Notes: generated by a model not told the origin, from the sequence alone. 62,658 nucleotides of DNA from an uncultured Eggerthellaceae bacterium (GCA_934630485.1 CAKTWD010000001.1:1-62658); one strand, 5' to 3'; positions 52,101-62,069 are shown, counted from the stretch's first letter. Translations and numbers: made by a program.

Positions 52101-52928
52101 CTTGTCGAAAGCGGCCTTGACCACTTCGTCATCGATCTGCACGTCGGTGAGCTCGGTGCCGAACGTGGTGTGGCGGCAGTGGTCCGACCAGTAGGTGTCG
52201 ATCATCTTGATCTCGGTGATGGTGGGGTCGCGCTGCTCTTCGGCGAAGTAGTCGCGGCACATCGTGATGTCGGCCAGGTCCATGGCGAGGCCGCGATCGG
52301 CGATGAACCGCGCAAGCTCGTCGGTGGAGAGCTTGGTGAAGCCCTCGACGATCTCGACGGGCTGCGGCGTGGGCTGGGCGATTTTCAGCGTCTCGCGCGG
52401 TGCGAGGCTTGCCTCACGCGTTTCGACGGGGTTGATGACGTAGTGCTTGATTTCCTGCAGAGCCTGATCGGTGCATTCGCCTTCGATGACGTAGATCTTG
52501 GCGAAGGCGACAACAGGGCGCTCGCCCTGGCTGATGAGCTGTACGCACTCGGCGGCGGAGTCGGCGCGCTGGTCGAACTGGCCGGGAAGAGCCTCGACGG
52601 CGAAAACGCGGATGTTTTCGGGAAGCGCGACGATTCCCGTGGTGGGCTTGCCCTGACGGGCGAGTTCCTGGGCGGTTTCGGTGGCAAGCTGGGCGCCGCT
52701 GACGGGCAGGGTGTGGGTGGCGTTGTCAACCTGAGGCTCGCTGAAGACAGTGGGCACGGTCTGGTCGAACAGGGCTTCGTCGATGCCCTCGACGTCGTAC
52801 TGGTTGATTAGACGCAGATTCGCATCGGGCGAAAGGCCCTCGGGAACTGCAATGTGCAGTTCGGCGAGCAGCTGTTTCGCTTCTACGTCGAAACCGGGCT
52901 TCTTCTCTACGTAAATGCGCGAGACCAT
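49110..52928 (-). CDS. purL: Phosphoribosylformylglycinamidine synthase, single-chain large form
   Basis: 1272 aa. N-terminal PurS-like region, AIR-synthase-related duplications (NHPTEIEPFGGAATCIGG; GGKDSMSG), and C-terminal GATase LGICNGFQAL...ISHGEGR. Confidence 0.95.
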   Translation of the reverse strand: MVSRIYVEKKPGFDVEAKQLLAELHIAVPEGLSPDANLRLINQYDVEGIDEALFDQTVPTVFSEPQVDNATHTLPVSGAQLATETAQELARQGKPTTGIVALPENIRVFAVEALPGQFDQRADSAAECVQLISQGERPVVAFAKIYVIEGECTDQALQEIKHYVINPVETREASLAPRETLKIAQPTPQPVEIVEGFTKLSTDELARFIADRGLAMDLADITMCRDYFAEEQRDPTITEIKMIDTYWSDHCRHTTFGTELTDVQIDDEVVKAAFDKYLELRHELGRDEKPVCLMDLGTIGARYLKSTGTLKNLDESEEINACTVKVKVDVDGQEEDWLFLFKNETHNHPTEIEPFGGAATCIGGCIRDPLSGRSYVYQAMRVTGAANPLAPMSETLAGKLPQRKLVTTAAAGYSSYGNQIGLATGQVNELYHPGYAAKRMEIGAVVGATPADHVRRETPAPGDVVILLGGRTGRDGIGGATGSSKAHNMESLEECGAEVQKGNAPVERKIQRLFRRGEATRLIKRCNDFGAGGVSVAIGELADGIRVDLNALPKKYDGLDGTELALSESQERMAVDVAAADVDEFIRYAHEENLEATPVATVTEEARVRMIWNGDAIVDISRDFLASNGASKEMNVHIPKQEAYQASWKGDTFEERLLDVITDLNVCSNKGLSERFDSTIGASTVLMPFGGKTQLTPAQAMVAKLPVDGETTTCSGMAWGFNPYLSEKNQFAGAYLAVVESLSKLIATGFKREDAYFTFQEYFGSLRTAPERWGKPAASLLGALMAQLDFEVGSIGGKDSMSGSFEDLDVPPTLVSFATAVGKTDHIVSPEFKGAGHRVFCIEAHDYLPDGRPDAAGQREAMDIVQKLIDDGVVLSASTLGFGGGAEALFKATLGNRIGFGLNHDVPTDVLFKNAYGAFLVELADEAPEPTGSDAVRINLTGTTTSGFTFSAGDEVIDLDKILDAYEGKLEPVYPYRSKAVGIETPQVETISFAEKLPLTYDGTIGAPRVIIPVFPGNNCEYDTARAFQRAGAKPDTFVINNLTPAAVAESTKELAKRIRESQILMIPGGFSGGDEPDGSAKFITAFFRAPEVTEAVRDLLWNRDGLILGICNGFQALIKLGLVPFGDIRPMDENCPTLTFNNIGRHQSSIVRTRIASTMSPWLSRCEVGDMHTVAISHGEGRFVASPELLEQLKAAGQIATQYIDANGNPSMDLAANPNGSVWAIEGITSPDGRVFGKMGHSERWSDGVYQNIPDRTFQPIIEGGVDYFSC

Positions 52929-53034
52929 GAAATCCGCCTTCCTTGAAGTGCGCGTATCGGGTTTGATTGTTAATGGATGCCGTTGCGCGGGTGGAAACCG
53001 CTTTGCGTTTGGCGTCTCGACTTGCCATTATATA

Positions 53035-55266
53035 ATGCTGGGCATGGGAAACGTTGAGAACATAAGCCGCTCGTCAGTTGTCCGCATTTTAGCGGGGCTG
53101 CACGATGCGCTTTGGGCGGTTGCATGCGCGGTCGTTTTGGTGCCCGTTTGGACGGCGCCGGCGTTCGCGTACGTCGATCCGTCCATTATGACCTACACGA
53201 TTCAGGCTGTTGCGGGCGTTGCCGTCGCTTTGTCCACGGTGCTGGGCGTCGCGGCGCGCAGGTCGCGCAAGAAGCTGATGAAACTGCTGGATTTCGACGA
53301 GAACGCTCGTCGCGAGGTTGACCCGCCCGTCCATCGCACCGATGGGAAGGACATGCCAGCAAATGCGGCTGCGGGTGTTGGCGAAGGCGCTGCCTGTGAA
53401 GGCGAGGCTGCTGCGAGCGTCGGTGCCGGCGAAGGCAAGCGCGCGGCGAAGCACGTCCAGCGCAAGAAGCGTCGTGCGCGCAAGTACGCCCCGGCGTGGC
53501 GCACGCGTTTCAACTATGCACTTCTGGCCTGTGCCTTCACGGTGTGCACCATCTTCGTGGTTGCCCCGTGCGAGGTTGTCGGCGGCAGTGCCGGTTCGTT
53601 GGTGTTCTCGCTTGCCGACGTGTGGTGGGTTGTGGCGCTGCCGGCCGTCGGAGTCGTGGCGGTGCTCGCGCTTCTGTTGTCGGCCCTGCGAGGCCGCATC
53701 TTCAATTTCTTCTTGGTTTTGATTACCAGCATTGGCGTAGCGGCGTACGTTCAGGTTCTGGTGTTGAACTATGGCATGCCCATTGCCGACGGCGGCACTA
53801 TTGTGTGGGCCGAGCACAACACCATGATGGTTGTTTCCAGCGTTGTGTGGATCGCCATCATTGCGCTGTCGTTGCTGCTTAGCCTGTTCAACCGATTCCG
53901 CGCCCAGGGTGTCGTCGCCTTGGTTAGCGCCTGCCTTCTGGTGGTGCAGGGCGTTGGCGTGGCAAGCTTGTTCATTGCCCCGCCGGCCGCAACCGAGCAA
54001 GCGGGCGGCATGGACGACCTCACGCACACCAATTTGGTCTCGCAGACCGAGTCGGTTCTGACCGAAGACGGCCTGTATTCGGTTTCCAGCAAGAACAACG
54101 TGATCGTGTTCGTGTTGGACACCTACGATCAAACGCTTCTGAACACCGTTTCCAACATGAATTCGCACATGCTTGATGAGATGACGGATTTCACCGAGTT
54201 CACCAACTGCACGGGCTCGATGACTCCTACGCGTTTCGCGGTGCCGTACCTGCTTACGGGCGAGCTGCCCAAGGTGGGCGAGGATTCCAACGTTTACCTG
54301 GCGAATCGCTATGCGCGCGGAACGTTCTTGGCCGACGCGCAGAACGCGGGCTACTCGGTTGGCCTGTACACCGACTCGTTGCAGATCGGAAGCTTGCCCG
54401 AAGCCGAGCAGAAGGCCATTGCGGCAACTACCATCAACATGCACAAGGTTGCGGCATCGAGCTTGGATTTCCGCGGCACCTTCGAGGCTTTGTGCCAGAT
54501 CGCCTTGTACCGCGATGCCCCGTGGCCCCTTAAGCACAATTTCTGGTATTACACCGACCAGATCAACGGCCGCATCGTCAGCTACAACCCCGATGCCGAG
54601 CCGGGCGAGCGCGTCTACACCATGAACGATCCGCGCTACTACGGCCAGCTGCAGCGCCAGGGCCTTGCGGTTGACGACGATGCGCCCGCCGGCGCGTTCC
54701 GCTTCATTCATTTGTTGGGCGCCCACTACCCGTATTCCATCGACGAGCACGCGAACGACCTGGGTACCGACAATTCCACCAAGGAACAGCAGGCGCAGGG
54801 TTCGATGCATATCGTGGCCGAGTACCTTCGCCAGCTGAAGGAGCTGGGCGTGTACGACCAGTCAACCGTCATCATCACGGCCGATCACGGCAAGTGGTTC
54901 CTGACACCCGAGCCCCTGACCACCACCAGCACGCCTATCATGCTGGTGAAGCCCGCCAAGCAAAGCGCTCAGACCGGTGGCGCTGCCGAAAACGTTCAGG
55001 GTGCAGCTGTTCAGAAGTCGGGCATGCCCGTCAGCCATCACGACTACTTGCCGACGGTCGCCCAAGTCATGGGCCTTGATTCGTCGAAATACGGCAGCGG
55101 TCAGACGTTCTTCGAGGTGAACGACCCCGATCGCGTGCGCACCTATTTGACCACCGACAGCATCGGCCTGCGCGGAATCGGTTGGCGCGAGTACGCCATC
55201 GTGGGCGATAGCCTGCGCATGTCGAATTGGTACGAGACCGGCAATTATTGGAGCATCGAGGAATAG
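53035..55266 (+). CDS. LTA-synthase/sulfatase-domain membrane protein
   Basis: About 6 TM helices, then an extracytoplasmic sulfatase-like domain (VIVFVLDTYDQ, GSMTPTRFA, IITADHGKW). The ORF-track start at 52915 would overlap the purL 5' end. ATG 53035 or 53044 is preferred. Confidence 0.8.
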   Translation: MLGMGNVENISRSSVVRILAGLHDALWAVACAVVLVPVWTAPAFAYVDPSIMTYTIQAVAGVAVALSTVLGVAARRSRKKLMKLLDFDENARREVDPPVHRTDGKDMPANAAAGVGEGAACEGEAAASVGAGEGKRAAKHVQRKKRRARKYAPAWRTRFNYALLACAFTVCTIFVVAPCEVVGGSAGSLVFSLADVWWVVALPAVGVVAVLALLLSALRGRIFNFFLVLITSIGVAAYVQVLVLNYGMPIADGGTIVWAEHNTMMVVSSVVWIAIIALSLLLSLFNRFRAQGVVALVSACLLVVQGVGVASLFIAPPAATEQAGGMDDLTHTNLVSQTESVLTEDGLYSVSSKNNVIVFVLDTYDQTLLNTVSNMNSHMLDEMTDFTEFTNCTGSMTPTRFAVPYLLTGELPKVGEDSNVYLANRYARGTFLADAQNAGYSVGLYTDSLQIGSLPEAEQKAIAATTINMHKVAASSLDFRGTFEALCQIALYRDAPWPLKHNFWYYTDQINGRIVSYNPDAEPGERVYTMNDPRYYGQLQRQGLAVDDDAPAGAFRFIHLLGAHYPYSIDEHANDLGTDNSTKEQQAQGSMHIVAEYLRQLKELGVYDQSTVIITADHGKWFLTPEPLTTTSTPIMLVKPAKQSAQTGGAAENVQGAAVQKSGMPVSHHDYLPTVAQVMGLDSSKYGSGQTFFEVNDPDRVRTYLTTDSIGLRGIGWREYAIVGDSLRMSNWYETGNYWSIEE

Positions 55267-55389
55267 GCGCTTGACGAATTGTTTCAGCGTCGTTGCGCCC
55301 CTTTTCTTGGTTTTCGCCCGTCGCATATAATTGAATTCGCTTTTGCTTCGAATCGCACGAAGGCGAAAGCGTAAGGGATGGGGGACCAC

Positions 55390-56529
55390 ATGATTTACCG
55401 CGATTTCCAAGATGAAAAACTTTCCAACCTCGGGCTTGGCCTGATGCGCCTTCCTGTGATCGACGGGGACGACAGCAAGATCGATGAGGCGGCCGCGTTC
55501 GAGATGATCGACTACGCGTACAACCACGGCGTGAACTATTTCGACACCGCGTGGGGCTACCACAGCGGCAACTCCGAGCTGACAACCGGTCGCGCGCTGA
55601 AGCGCTATCCGCGCGAAAGCTTCAACTTGGCTTCGAAGTTTCCCGGCTACGATGTGACGAATTTCGGCAAGCACGAAGAGATCTTCGCAACGCAGCTTGA
55701 GAAACTGCAGGTCGATTACCTTGATTTCTATCTCATTCACAACGTGAACGAGCTGAACATCGAACAGTATCTTGACGACGAGCAGTTCGGAACCATCAGT
55801 TATTTCGTCGAGCAGAAGAAGGCTGGACGTATCAGGCACCTGGGCTTCTCGTGTCACGGATCGTTCGACACGTTTAAGCGATTCCTTGATAAGTACGGCG
55901 ACGACATGGAGTTCTGCCAGATCCAGCTGAACTACATGGACTGGACCTTCCAAGAGGTCAATCGCAAGGTTGAGTATCTTAATCAGCTGAATATGCCCAT
56001 TTGGGTGATGGAGCCCTTGCGTGGCGGCAACCTGGTGGAATTCGAAGACTGCGACAAGCCAGCGCTTGAGGCGCTTCGCCTGGGTGTTTCCGCTGTTGAA
56101 TGGGCATATCGCTTCCTCCAGAGCATCCCCGGCGTTGCCATGGTTCTCTCGGGTTCGTCGACTATGGAGCAGCTTGAGCAGAACATCCAGCTGTTCGGCG
56201 AGGACAAGCCGCTGAACGAGCAAGAGATGCAGGCCATTCTTGCGGTGGGCCATCGTCTGGCGACTGCGGGCAAGCTGTCGTGCACCAAGTGCCATTACTG
56301 CACCAGCCATTGCCCCATGGGGCTTGATATCCCGTACCTGATCTCGCTTTACAACGAGCATATCTCGCGTGAGGGCATGCGCTTCATGGCGCCTATGGCC
56401 GTGTCGGCGCTGCCCGAGGACAAGCGTCCCAGCGCGTGCATCGCTTGCCGCGCATGCGAGGGCGTTTGCCCGCAGCAGATCGCCATTGCCGACACCTTCG
56501 CCCAGTTCGTGGAGATGCTGAAGGGATAG
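55390..56529 (+). CDS. Aldo/keto reductase with a C-terminal 4Fe-4S-type Cys cluster
   Basis: Motifs GLGLMRLP, NYFDTAWGYH, DFYLIHN, and C-terminal CTKCHYCTSHCP / CIACRACEGVCP. The start is 55378 or 55390. Confidence 0.88.
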   Translation: MIYRDFQDEKLSNLGLGLMRLPVIDGDDSKIDEAAAFEMIDYAYNHGVNYFDTAWGYHSGNSELTTGRALKRYPRESFNLASKFPGYDVTNFGKHEEIFATQLEKLQVDYLDFYLIHNVNELNIEQYLDDEQFGTISYFVEQKKAGRIRHLGFSCHGSFDTFKRFLDKYGDDMEFCQIQLNYMDWTFQEVNRKVEYLNQLNMPIWVMEPLRGGNLVEFEDCDKPALEALRLGVSAVEWAYRFLQSIPGVAMVLSGSSTMEQLEQNIQLFGEDKPLNEQEMQAILAVGHRLATAGKLSCTKCHYCTSHCPMGLDIPYLISLYNEHISREGMRFMAPMAVSALPEDKRPSACIACRACEGVCPQQIAIADTFAQFVEMLKG

Positions 56530-56676
56530 CTGCAGCTGTAAGGCGCAGGCTGGCGACGACCGTCTTTCGATAGCGAATCGGCTGTTCTCGTCGGCGAGCA
56601 AGCAAACGAAACGAGCCCGGTGGCATTGCCATCGGGCTCGTCGCTTGTTGCGTTTCTGTTTGGTTGGGTTTGCGCT

Positions 56677-57924
56677 TTAGATCTCGTGGATGAACAGGCC
56701 GCTGCGCAGTTTCGGCTCGAACCATGTGGATTTGGGCGGCATCAGCATGCCCGCGTCGGCAACGGCGAACAGTTCGGCAATGGACGTGGGGTACAGCGCG
56801 AAAGCGCAGACGCTGTCATCGGCACAGCGGCGGTCAAGCTCGTCAAGGCCGCGGATGCCGCCGACGAAGTCGATGCGCTCGTCGGTGCGGGGATCGTGGA
56901 TGCCAAGAACAGGCTCAAGCAGGATGTCGTGCAAAAGCGAGACGTCCAGGCCCGCAACCGGGTCGTCGGAGCGGTCTTCAGGGTGAACCACCAGGCGATA
57001 CCAGGTGCCGTCAAGCAGCATGCTGAACTCGCCCTTGTTCTGCGGGCGCGCAGCTTCGGCGTTGCCCTCGGGACCGATCTCGGAAACATCGAAGCGTTTT
57101 TCGGCTTCGGCCAGGAAGTCGGTGGCTGATAGGCCGTTCAGGCTCTTCAGCACGCGGTTGTAATCAAGAATGGCCAGTTCGGAATCGGGGAACAGCACGC
57201 ACAGGTAGTAGTTGAACGGCTCTTCGCCCGTGTAGTCGGGGTTTTCGGCGCGCATCTCCTTGGCGACACGCGCGGCGGCGGCGTTGCGGTGATGGCCGTC
57301 GGCGATGTAGACGCTGTCCATTTCGGCGAAGGCTGCACGCACGGCCTCGATCGCTGCGGGATCGGCTAGCGCGAAGCCGCGATGGCGCACACCGTCGTCG
57401 CCGGTGAAGTCGAACAGGGGCTCGCCGGTCTTCGCGGCCTCGCAAGCGTTGCTGACCTGGTCGTTCTGATGGTATGCCAAGAAAATGGGACCGGTCTGCG
57501 CACTGCACTCGCGCACGTGGCGCACGCGGCCTTCCTCTTTCTCGGCGCGGGTGTTTTCGTGCTTCTTGATGGTGCCGTTCAGGTAATCGTCAACGGCGGC
57601 GCAGGCAACCAAGCCGGTCTGCGTGCGGCCGTTCATGGTGAGCTCGTACACGTAGAACTGCGGCTGCTCGTCGCGGGCGAAGACGCCATCGTTTTTGGCG
57701 GCGCGCAGAAGCTCGCCTGCCTTGACGAACGCCTCTTCGTCGGAAACCTGCTGCTCAACGGGGAAGTTCACCTGAGGCTGGTCGATGGCCAGGAACGATT
57801 CGGGGTTCTCGGCCACGATGCGGCGCGACTCTTCGACGCTGTACACGTCGTAGGGAAGCGCGGCCACGCGCTCTGTTTTCTGCGGGATGGGTCGAAGTGC
57901 TGCGAAAGGCCTGATGTCCGCCAT
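56677..57924 (-). CDS. DUF1015 domain-containing protein
   Basis: Motifs MADIRPFAALRP, ALPYDVY, YIADGHHR, PPKSTWFEPKL. Confidence 0.88.
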   Translation of the reverse strand: MADIRPFAALRPIPQKTERVAALPYDVYSVEESRRIVAENPESFLAIDQPQVNFPVEQQVSDEEAFVKAGELLRAAKNDGVFARDEQPQFYVYELTMNGRTQTGLVACAAVDDYLNGTIKKHENTRAEKEEGRVRHVRECSAQTGPIFLAYHQNDQVSNACEAAKTGEPLFDFTGDDGVRHRGFALADPAAIEAVRAAFAEMDSVYIADGHHRNAAAARVAKEMRAENPDYTGEEPFNYYLCVLFPDSELAILDYNRVLKSLNGLSATDFLAEAEKRFDVSEIGPEGNAEAARPQNKGEFSMLLDGTWYRLVVHPEDRSDDPVAGLDVSLLHDILLEPVLGIHDPRTDERIDFVGGIRGLDELDRRCADDSVCAFALYPTSIAELFAVADAGMLMPPKSTWFEPKLRSGLFIHEI

Positions 57925-57937
57925 TCTTGGCTCCTTG

Positions 57938-58393
57938 CTACTCGGCGACGCGAACTTTGACGACGATCTTGCTCAACGGTCCCTGGTGAAGACCGTTGGT
58001 GATACCCGGCTTGTGGGCTTCGCCGGGCCAAACGATGCAGAAATCGCCGGCGCGCAGGCTGATGACGGACGGCATGCTGCCGGGCTCGTCGAACACTGAG
58101 AAGTCGTCGCCTGTCATGGGGTGCTCTTCAAGGCTTGCGGGGGCTTCGACCAACAGCTCGGAACCCTCGACGACCACCTGGATGTCGGCGTATTCCTCGT
58201 GCATCTCGTACTGCTTGGCGTCGACCGGGACGGGCTCGTACGACTGCACGTTGGCGAAAACGCCGTCGGCGATGTCTACGCGACCCAGTTTAAGAGAGCC
58301 AAGGTCGGTGGTGCGCAGGAATGCGAAAGCTTGGTCGAATCGGGTGGAAATGCCGGCGTAACGGTCGGCGTTGCTCAAAGAATCCTTGATCAT
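57938..58393 (-). CDS. YhcH/YjgK/YiaL (DUF386) family protein
   Basis: 151 aa from ATG 58393 (RBS GGAGAGG). Motifs MIKDSLSNADRY, HEEYADIQVVVEGSE, FCIVWPGEAHKP. The longer ORF-track form has no support. Confidence 0.85.
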   Translation of the reverse strand: MIKDSLSNADRYAGISTRFDQAFAFLRTTDLGSLKLGRVDIADGVFANVQSYEPVPVDAKQYEMHEEYADIQVVVEGSELLVEAPASLEEHPMTGDDFSVFDEPGSMPSVISLRAGDFCIVWPGEAHKPGITNGLHQGPLSKIVVKVRVAE

Positions 58394-58691
58394 GATGAGA
58401 TGCCTCTCCTTCGCCCCGAAGGGCATGTTTTCGGTTGGCGCGGGGCGTTTCCCGTCCCGTTTTTCGAACAACGAGATTATATGCCGCTCTCCGTTGGTTT
58501 CAATTGTGAGAAGGAAACGCTTGTGCGCCGTTCGCGCGTGGAAGATTGGTACTATGAGCCGAGAAAAACGAACGTCGAAAGGGCTTTTGCGCCCTGTTGA
58601 GGCGCTCTGGCGCCTCCGATTCCCCGAAAGCGAGGCAAGCATGTCGTTGCGTGCATCCGATCCCAATAAAAAAGCCGATCAGCGTACTACC

Positions 58692-59996
58692 ATGGACTTG
58701 GGCGCGGTGTTGCCCAAAACCGCCGAGGTTCGCGACGGTCACCTGTTCATCGGCGGCGTCGACATGGTTGAGCTTGCCCATCAGCAGGGAACGGCCTTGT
58801 ACGTTTTCGACGAGGCCGACCTGCGCGATCGCATGGAGCAATATCGCAACAGCTTCCATTCCCGCTATCAGAATTCCGACGTGCTGTATGCAAGCAAGGC
58901 GTTCCTTAACAAGGAAGTGCTGCGCATCGCTATGGAAGAGGACATGTGCCTTGACGTGTCGGGCGGTGGCGAGCTTGCCTGCGCTCAAGCCGTCGGCTTC
59001 CCCATGGAGCGCGTTTTCGTGCATGGCAACAACAAAACGCCTGCTGAACTGCGCGAGGCGATTTCCGCAGGCGTAGGGCATATCGTGGTTGACAGCCGCA
59101 TCGAGGCGAAGCGCATCTCCGAGATCGCGGGCGAGCTTGGCCGTGTTCAGCCTGTTCTGATGCGCATCACCCCCGGCGTCGAGGCCGACACGCACGAGTA
59201 CATCAAAACCGGCTGCGAGGACACGAAGTTCGGTTTCACCATGCTGGACGACTTCGCCTTCAAGTGCGTGGGCGATGTCCTTGCCTTCGACAACGTGCAG
59301 CTTGACGGTTTCCATTGCCATATCGGCTCGCAGATCTTCGCGTTGCATTCGTTCCGTGAGGCCATTCAGGTCATGATCGAGTTCGTCACGCGCGTGAAGG
59401 AAACGTACGGCTTCGAGGCCAAGGTGCTCGACATGGGCGGCGGCCTGGGCATTGCCTACATGGCCGAGGACAAGCCTTCCAGCATCGCCGACTTCGCCGA
59501 GGTCACCGCTTCGTCTGTGAAAGAGCTGTGCGCAAAGCACGGTCTTGCCGAGCCTCGCCTTTTGGTGGAGCCCGGCCGTAGCTTGGTGGCTAACGCCGGC
59601 GTCACGCTGTACACGGCAGGCATCCTGAAAACGCTGCCGAACATCCGCAAGATCGTGGCGGTTGACGGCGGCATGTCCGACAACATTCGCACCGCGCTTT
59701 ACAATGCCGATTACGAGGCGGTCATTGCGAACAAGGCCGATCAGCCGCGCACCGAGGTGGTTTCCCTTTGCGGAAAGCACTGCGAAAGCGGCGATGCCGT
59801 GGTCATAGACGGCTCGATTCAGCATGTCGACCTGGGCGACATCGTCTGCGTCTTCGCCACGGGTGCGTATTGCTATACCATGTCATCATCGTATAACGGT
59901 CAGCCCCGACCGGCCATCGTGTTCGTGAGGGACGGTCAAGCACGCGTTGTCACGCGCCGCGAGACGTACGCCGACCTTATGGCTCGCGACATCTAA
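58692..59996 (+). CDS. lysA: Diaminopimelate decarboxylase
   Basis: Motifs LYVFDE, VLYASKAF (PLP Lys), HCHIGSQ, DMGGGLGIAY, EPGRSLV, CGKHCESGD. The start is uncertain: 58641 or 58692. Confidence 0.9.
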   Translation: MDLGAVLPKTAEVRDGHLFIGGVDMVELAHQQGTALYVFDEADLRDRMEQYRNSFHSRYQNSDVLYASKAFLNKEVLRIAMEEDMCLDVSGGGELACAQAVGFPMERVFVHGNNKTPAELREAISAGVGHIVVDSRIEAKRISEIAGELGRVQPVLMRITPGVEADTHEYIKTGCEDTKFGFTMLDDFAFKCVGDVLAFDNVQLDGFHCHIGSQIFALHSFREAIQVMIEFVTRVKETYGFEAKVLDMGGGLGIAYMAEDKPSSIADFAEVTASSVKELCAKHGLAEPRLLVEPGRSLVANAGVTLYTAGILKTLPNIRKIVAVDGGMSDNIRTALYNADYEAVIANKADQPRTEVVSLCGKHCESGDAVVIDGSIQHVDLGDIVCVFATGAYCYTMSSSYNGQPRPAIVFVRDGQARVVTRRETYADLMARDI

Positions 59997-60014
59997 AAAA
60001 CGAAAGGACAAGCC

Positions 60015-61298
60015 ATGACGATCAGGATCGGACTTGTGGGAACCGGCACCGTTGGCGGCGGCTGCCTGGACATCCTTGCCAACCATCGCGATGACTTCAA
60101 GCGCCATTACGGCGTAGACATCGAGCTTGCGCGCGTCTGTTCGCGCAAACCTGACGCCGCTCGCGCTCACGGCGTCGAGCACCTGTTCACCACCGACTTC
60201 CATGAAGTCGTGACTGATCCGTCCATCGACCTGGTCATCGAGCTTATCGGCGGCGTGGGTGCCGCTCATGACGTCGTATGCGACGCGCTGCGCAACGGCA
60301 AGAGCGTCGTCACGGCTAATAAGGCACTTATCGCGTCTGCCGGTGACGAGATCTTCGCGCTTGCCAAAGAGAACAACGTCGACATTTATTACGGCGCCAG
60401 CGTTGGCGGCGGCATTCCCATCATCGGCCCGCTGAAGCATTCGCTCATCGCGAACGGCATCACGTCGGTCATGGGCATCGTCAACGGCACCACCAACTAC
60501 ATGCTCACGCGCATGGACGAGGACGGCCTGAGCTACGAGGTCGCCCTGGCAGAGGCGCAGGCCAAGGGCTATGCCGAGGCCGATCCAACCGCTGACCTCG
60601 ACGGTTTCGACGCTGCAGCGAAAATCGCCATCTTGGCTTCGCTCGCGTTCAAGTCGCGCGTCACCATGGACGACGTGTACTGCGAGGGCATCCGCAACAT
60701 TTCGCCCGTCGATCTTGATGCGGCTCGCGACATGGGCTTCAGCGTGAAGCTTCTGGCGTTGGCTCATCGTTCCGAGGCTGGCATTGACGTGCATGTGCAT
60801 CCCACGATGATTCCGCTGGACCACCAGCTTTCCAAGGTCAATGGCGTGAACAATGCCATCTATGTCACGGGCGACGCCGTGGGCGAGACCATGTTCTTCG
60901 GCATGGGCGCCGGTGCGGGTCCTGCCGCCAGCGCCGTCATGGGCGACGTGGTTGAGGTTGCCCGCCGCATGGAAATGGGCCTGGCCCCCATCTTTGACAA
61001 CGACTGCCCCGACACGCTGCCGCTTGTTCCCATGGCCGAGCTGAAAACCAAGTACTACATCCGCTTCACCGTGGCCGACCGCCCCGGCGTTCTGGCGGCA
61101 ATGGCCACCGTGTTCGCCAACCATGGCGTCAGCGTGCGTTCGGTCATCCAGCGCGGCGAGGCCGCTGGCGTTTCCGTCGAGGTCGTGTACGTTACCCATA
61201 CGGCGCGCGAAGCCGATATCCAGCAGGTCGTCGACGAGATCGGCCAGCTTGAGGATGTTCTGATGAAGGAACCTTCGATCATCCGCGTGGAGGCGTAA
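60015..61298 (+). CDS. hom: Homoserine dehydrogenase
   Basis: Rossmann motif IGLVGTGTVGGG, then TANKAL, GIVNGTTNYML, and a C-terminal ACT domain YYIRFTVADRPGVLA. Confidence 0.93.
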   Translation: MTIRIGLVGTGTVGGGCLDILANHRDDFKRHYGVDIELARVCSRKPDAARAHGVEHLFTTDFHEVVTDPSIDLVIELIGGVGAAHDVVCDALRNGKSVVTANKALIASAGDEIFALAKENNVDIYYGASVGGGIPIIGPLKHSLIANGITSVMGIVNGTTNYMLTRMDEDGLSYEVALAEAQAKGYAEADPTADLDGFDAAAKIAILASLAFKSRVTMDDVYCEGIRNISPVDLDAARDMGFSVKLLALAHRSEAGIDVHVHPTMIPLDHQLSKVNGVNNAIYVTGDAVGETMFFGMGAGAGPAASAVMGDVVEVARRMEMGLAPIFDNDCPDTLPLVPMAELKTKYYIRFTVADRPGVLAAMATVFANHGVSVRSVIQRGEAAGVSVEVVYVTHTAREADIQQVVDEIGQLEDVLMKEPSIIRVEA

Positions 61299-61301
61299 AG
61301 C

Positions 61302-61982
61302 GTGACTGTGAAGCCTGAAGAACTGGGCCTTATCCTTGACTGTGATGGCGTGCTGCTTGACTCGATGGGCGCTTGGGAAAAAGCCGAGATCGACGTGTGC
61401 GCCACTGTCGGCATCGTCCCGACGAAAGAGGACATCGACCATGTGAACACCCTCACGTTGGTCGAGGCTTGCGAATACTACAACACGAAGTACGGCGCCG
61501 GCGGCAGCGTCGGGGAGACGCTGCGTATCATCGATTCCAGCATGCAGCGCTTCTACGACAACGACGTCGTTGCCGAGCCGGGCGCGCTTGAGTTCGTGCG
61601 CGAGCTTCGCGAGCTGGGCGTTCGCATGTGCGTCGTGTCGTCCAGCCCGCTTCGTTATCTTCAGGCAGGTTTGGGAAGCTGCGGCTTCCTTCCGTATTTC
61701 GATGGGGTGCTCTCGGCTGACGAGCTGAAACTCACCAAGCGTGAGCATCCCATTTTCGAGCGTGCCCTTGAGATTCTGGGCACCGAGAAAGAGAACACCT
61801 GGGGTTTCGACGACACGGCGTATGCCCTGCAAACGCTGAACAGCGTGGGTTGCCATACCATCGGCATCTACAGCAGCGACCTTAACGGAACCGTCGAGCG
61901 CCTGCGTGCCGATTCCGAGTTCACGTTCCCGGGCGGTTTGGAAGAGCTTGGTTCGAAGGGTTTCTTAGAACTAGCTATCTAA
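61302..61982 (+). CDS. HAD-superfamily hydrolase
   Basis: GTG start. Motif I LILDCDGVLLDS, motif II VVSSS, and a C-terminal FDDTAY-type motif. Confidence 0.8.
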   Translation: MTVKPEELGLILDCDGVLLDSMGAWEKAEIDVCATVGIVPTKEDIDHVNTLTLVEACEYYNTKYGAGGSVGETLRIIDSSMQRFYDNDVVAEPGALEFVRELRELGVRMCVVSSSPLRYLQAGLGSCGFLPYFDGVLSADELKLTKREHPIFERALEILGTEKENTWGFDDTAYALQTLNSVGCHTIGIYSSDLNGTVERLRADSEFTFPGGLEELGSKGFLELAI

Positions 61983-62069
61983 TTGTGGTATGGCATGGTG
62001 TTCGCGTGGGGCGGTATCATCGCTGCGTATAATCAAAGCTATCTGAATCGTAGCGAATGAGGTTTCACC

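Noticed and set aside
49065-52811. 1248-aa ORF on the plus strand
   Set aside because: It is fully antisense to purL, whose product carries unmistakable FGAM-synthase motifs. The plus-frame product is low-complexity (G/A/V/D-rich). This is the usual long antisense ORF artefact of high-GC DNA.
52915-53034. ORF-track start of the LTA-synthase-like gene overlapping the purL start
   Set aside because: The first 40 codons overlap the divergent purL 5' end and precede a TATAAT-like box (53031-53036). A downstream ATG (53035 or 53044) is more plausible.
53089-56601. 573-aa and 579-aa minus-strand ORFs (53089-54810 and 54862-56601)
   Set aside because: They are antisense to the LTA-synthase-like and aldo/keto reductase genes, which have clear family motifs.
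58394-58691. Lysine riboswitch (L-box) upstream of lysA
   Set aside because: There is a GAGGCGC-tctg-GCGCCTC hairpin and about 250-300 nt of leader. However, I could not lay out the conserved L-box helices or core, so I cannot support the call without an Infernal scan.
59886-61856. 656-aa ORF on the minus strand
   Set aside because: It is antisense to hom and the HAD hydrolase gene. It has the same low-complexity character, and the sense genes are clearly real.
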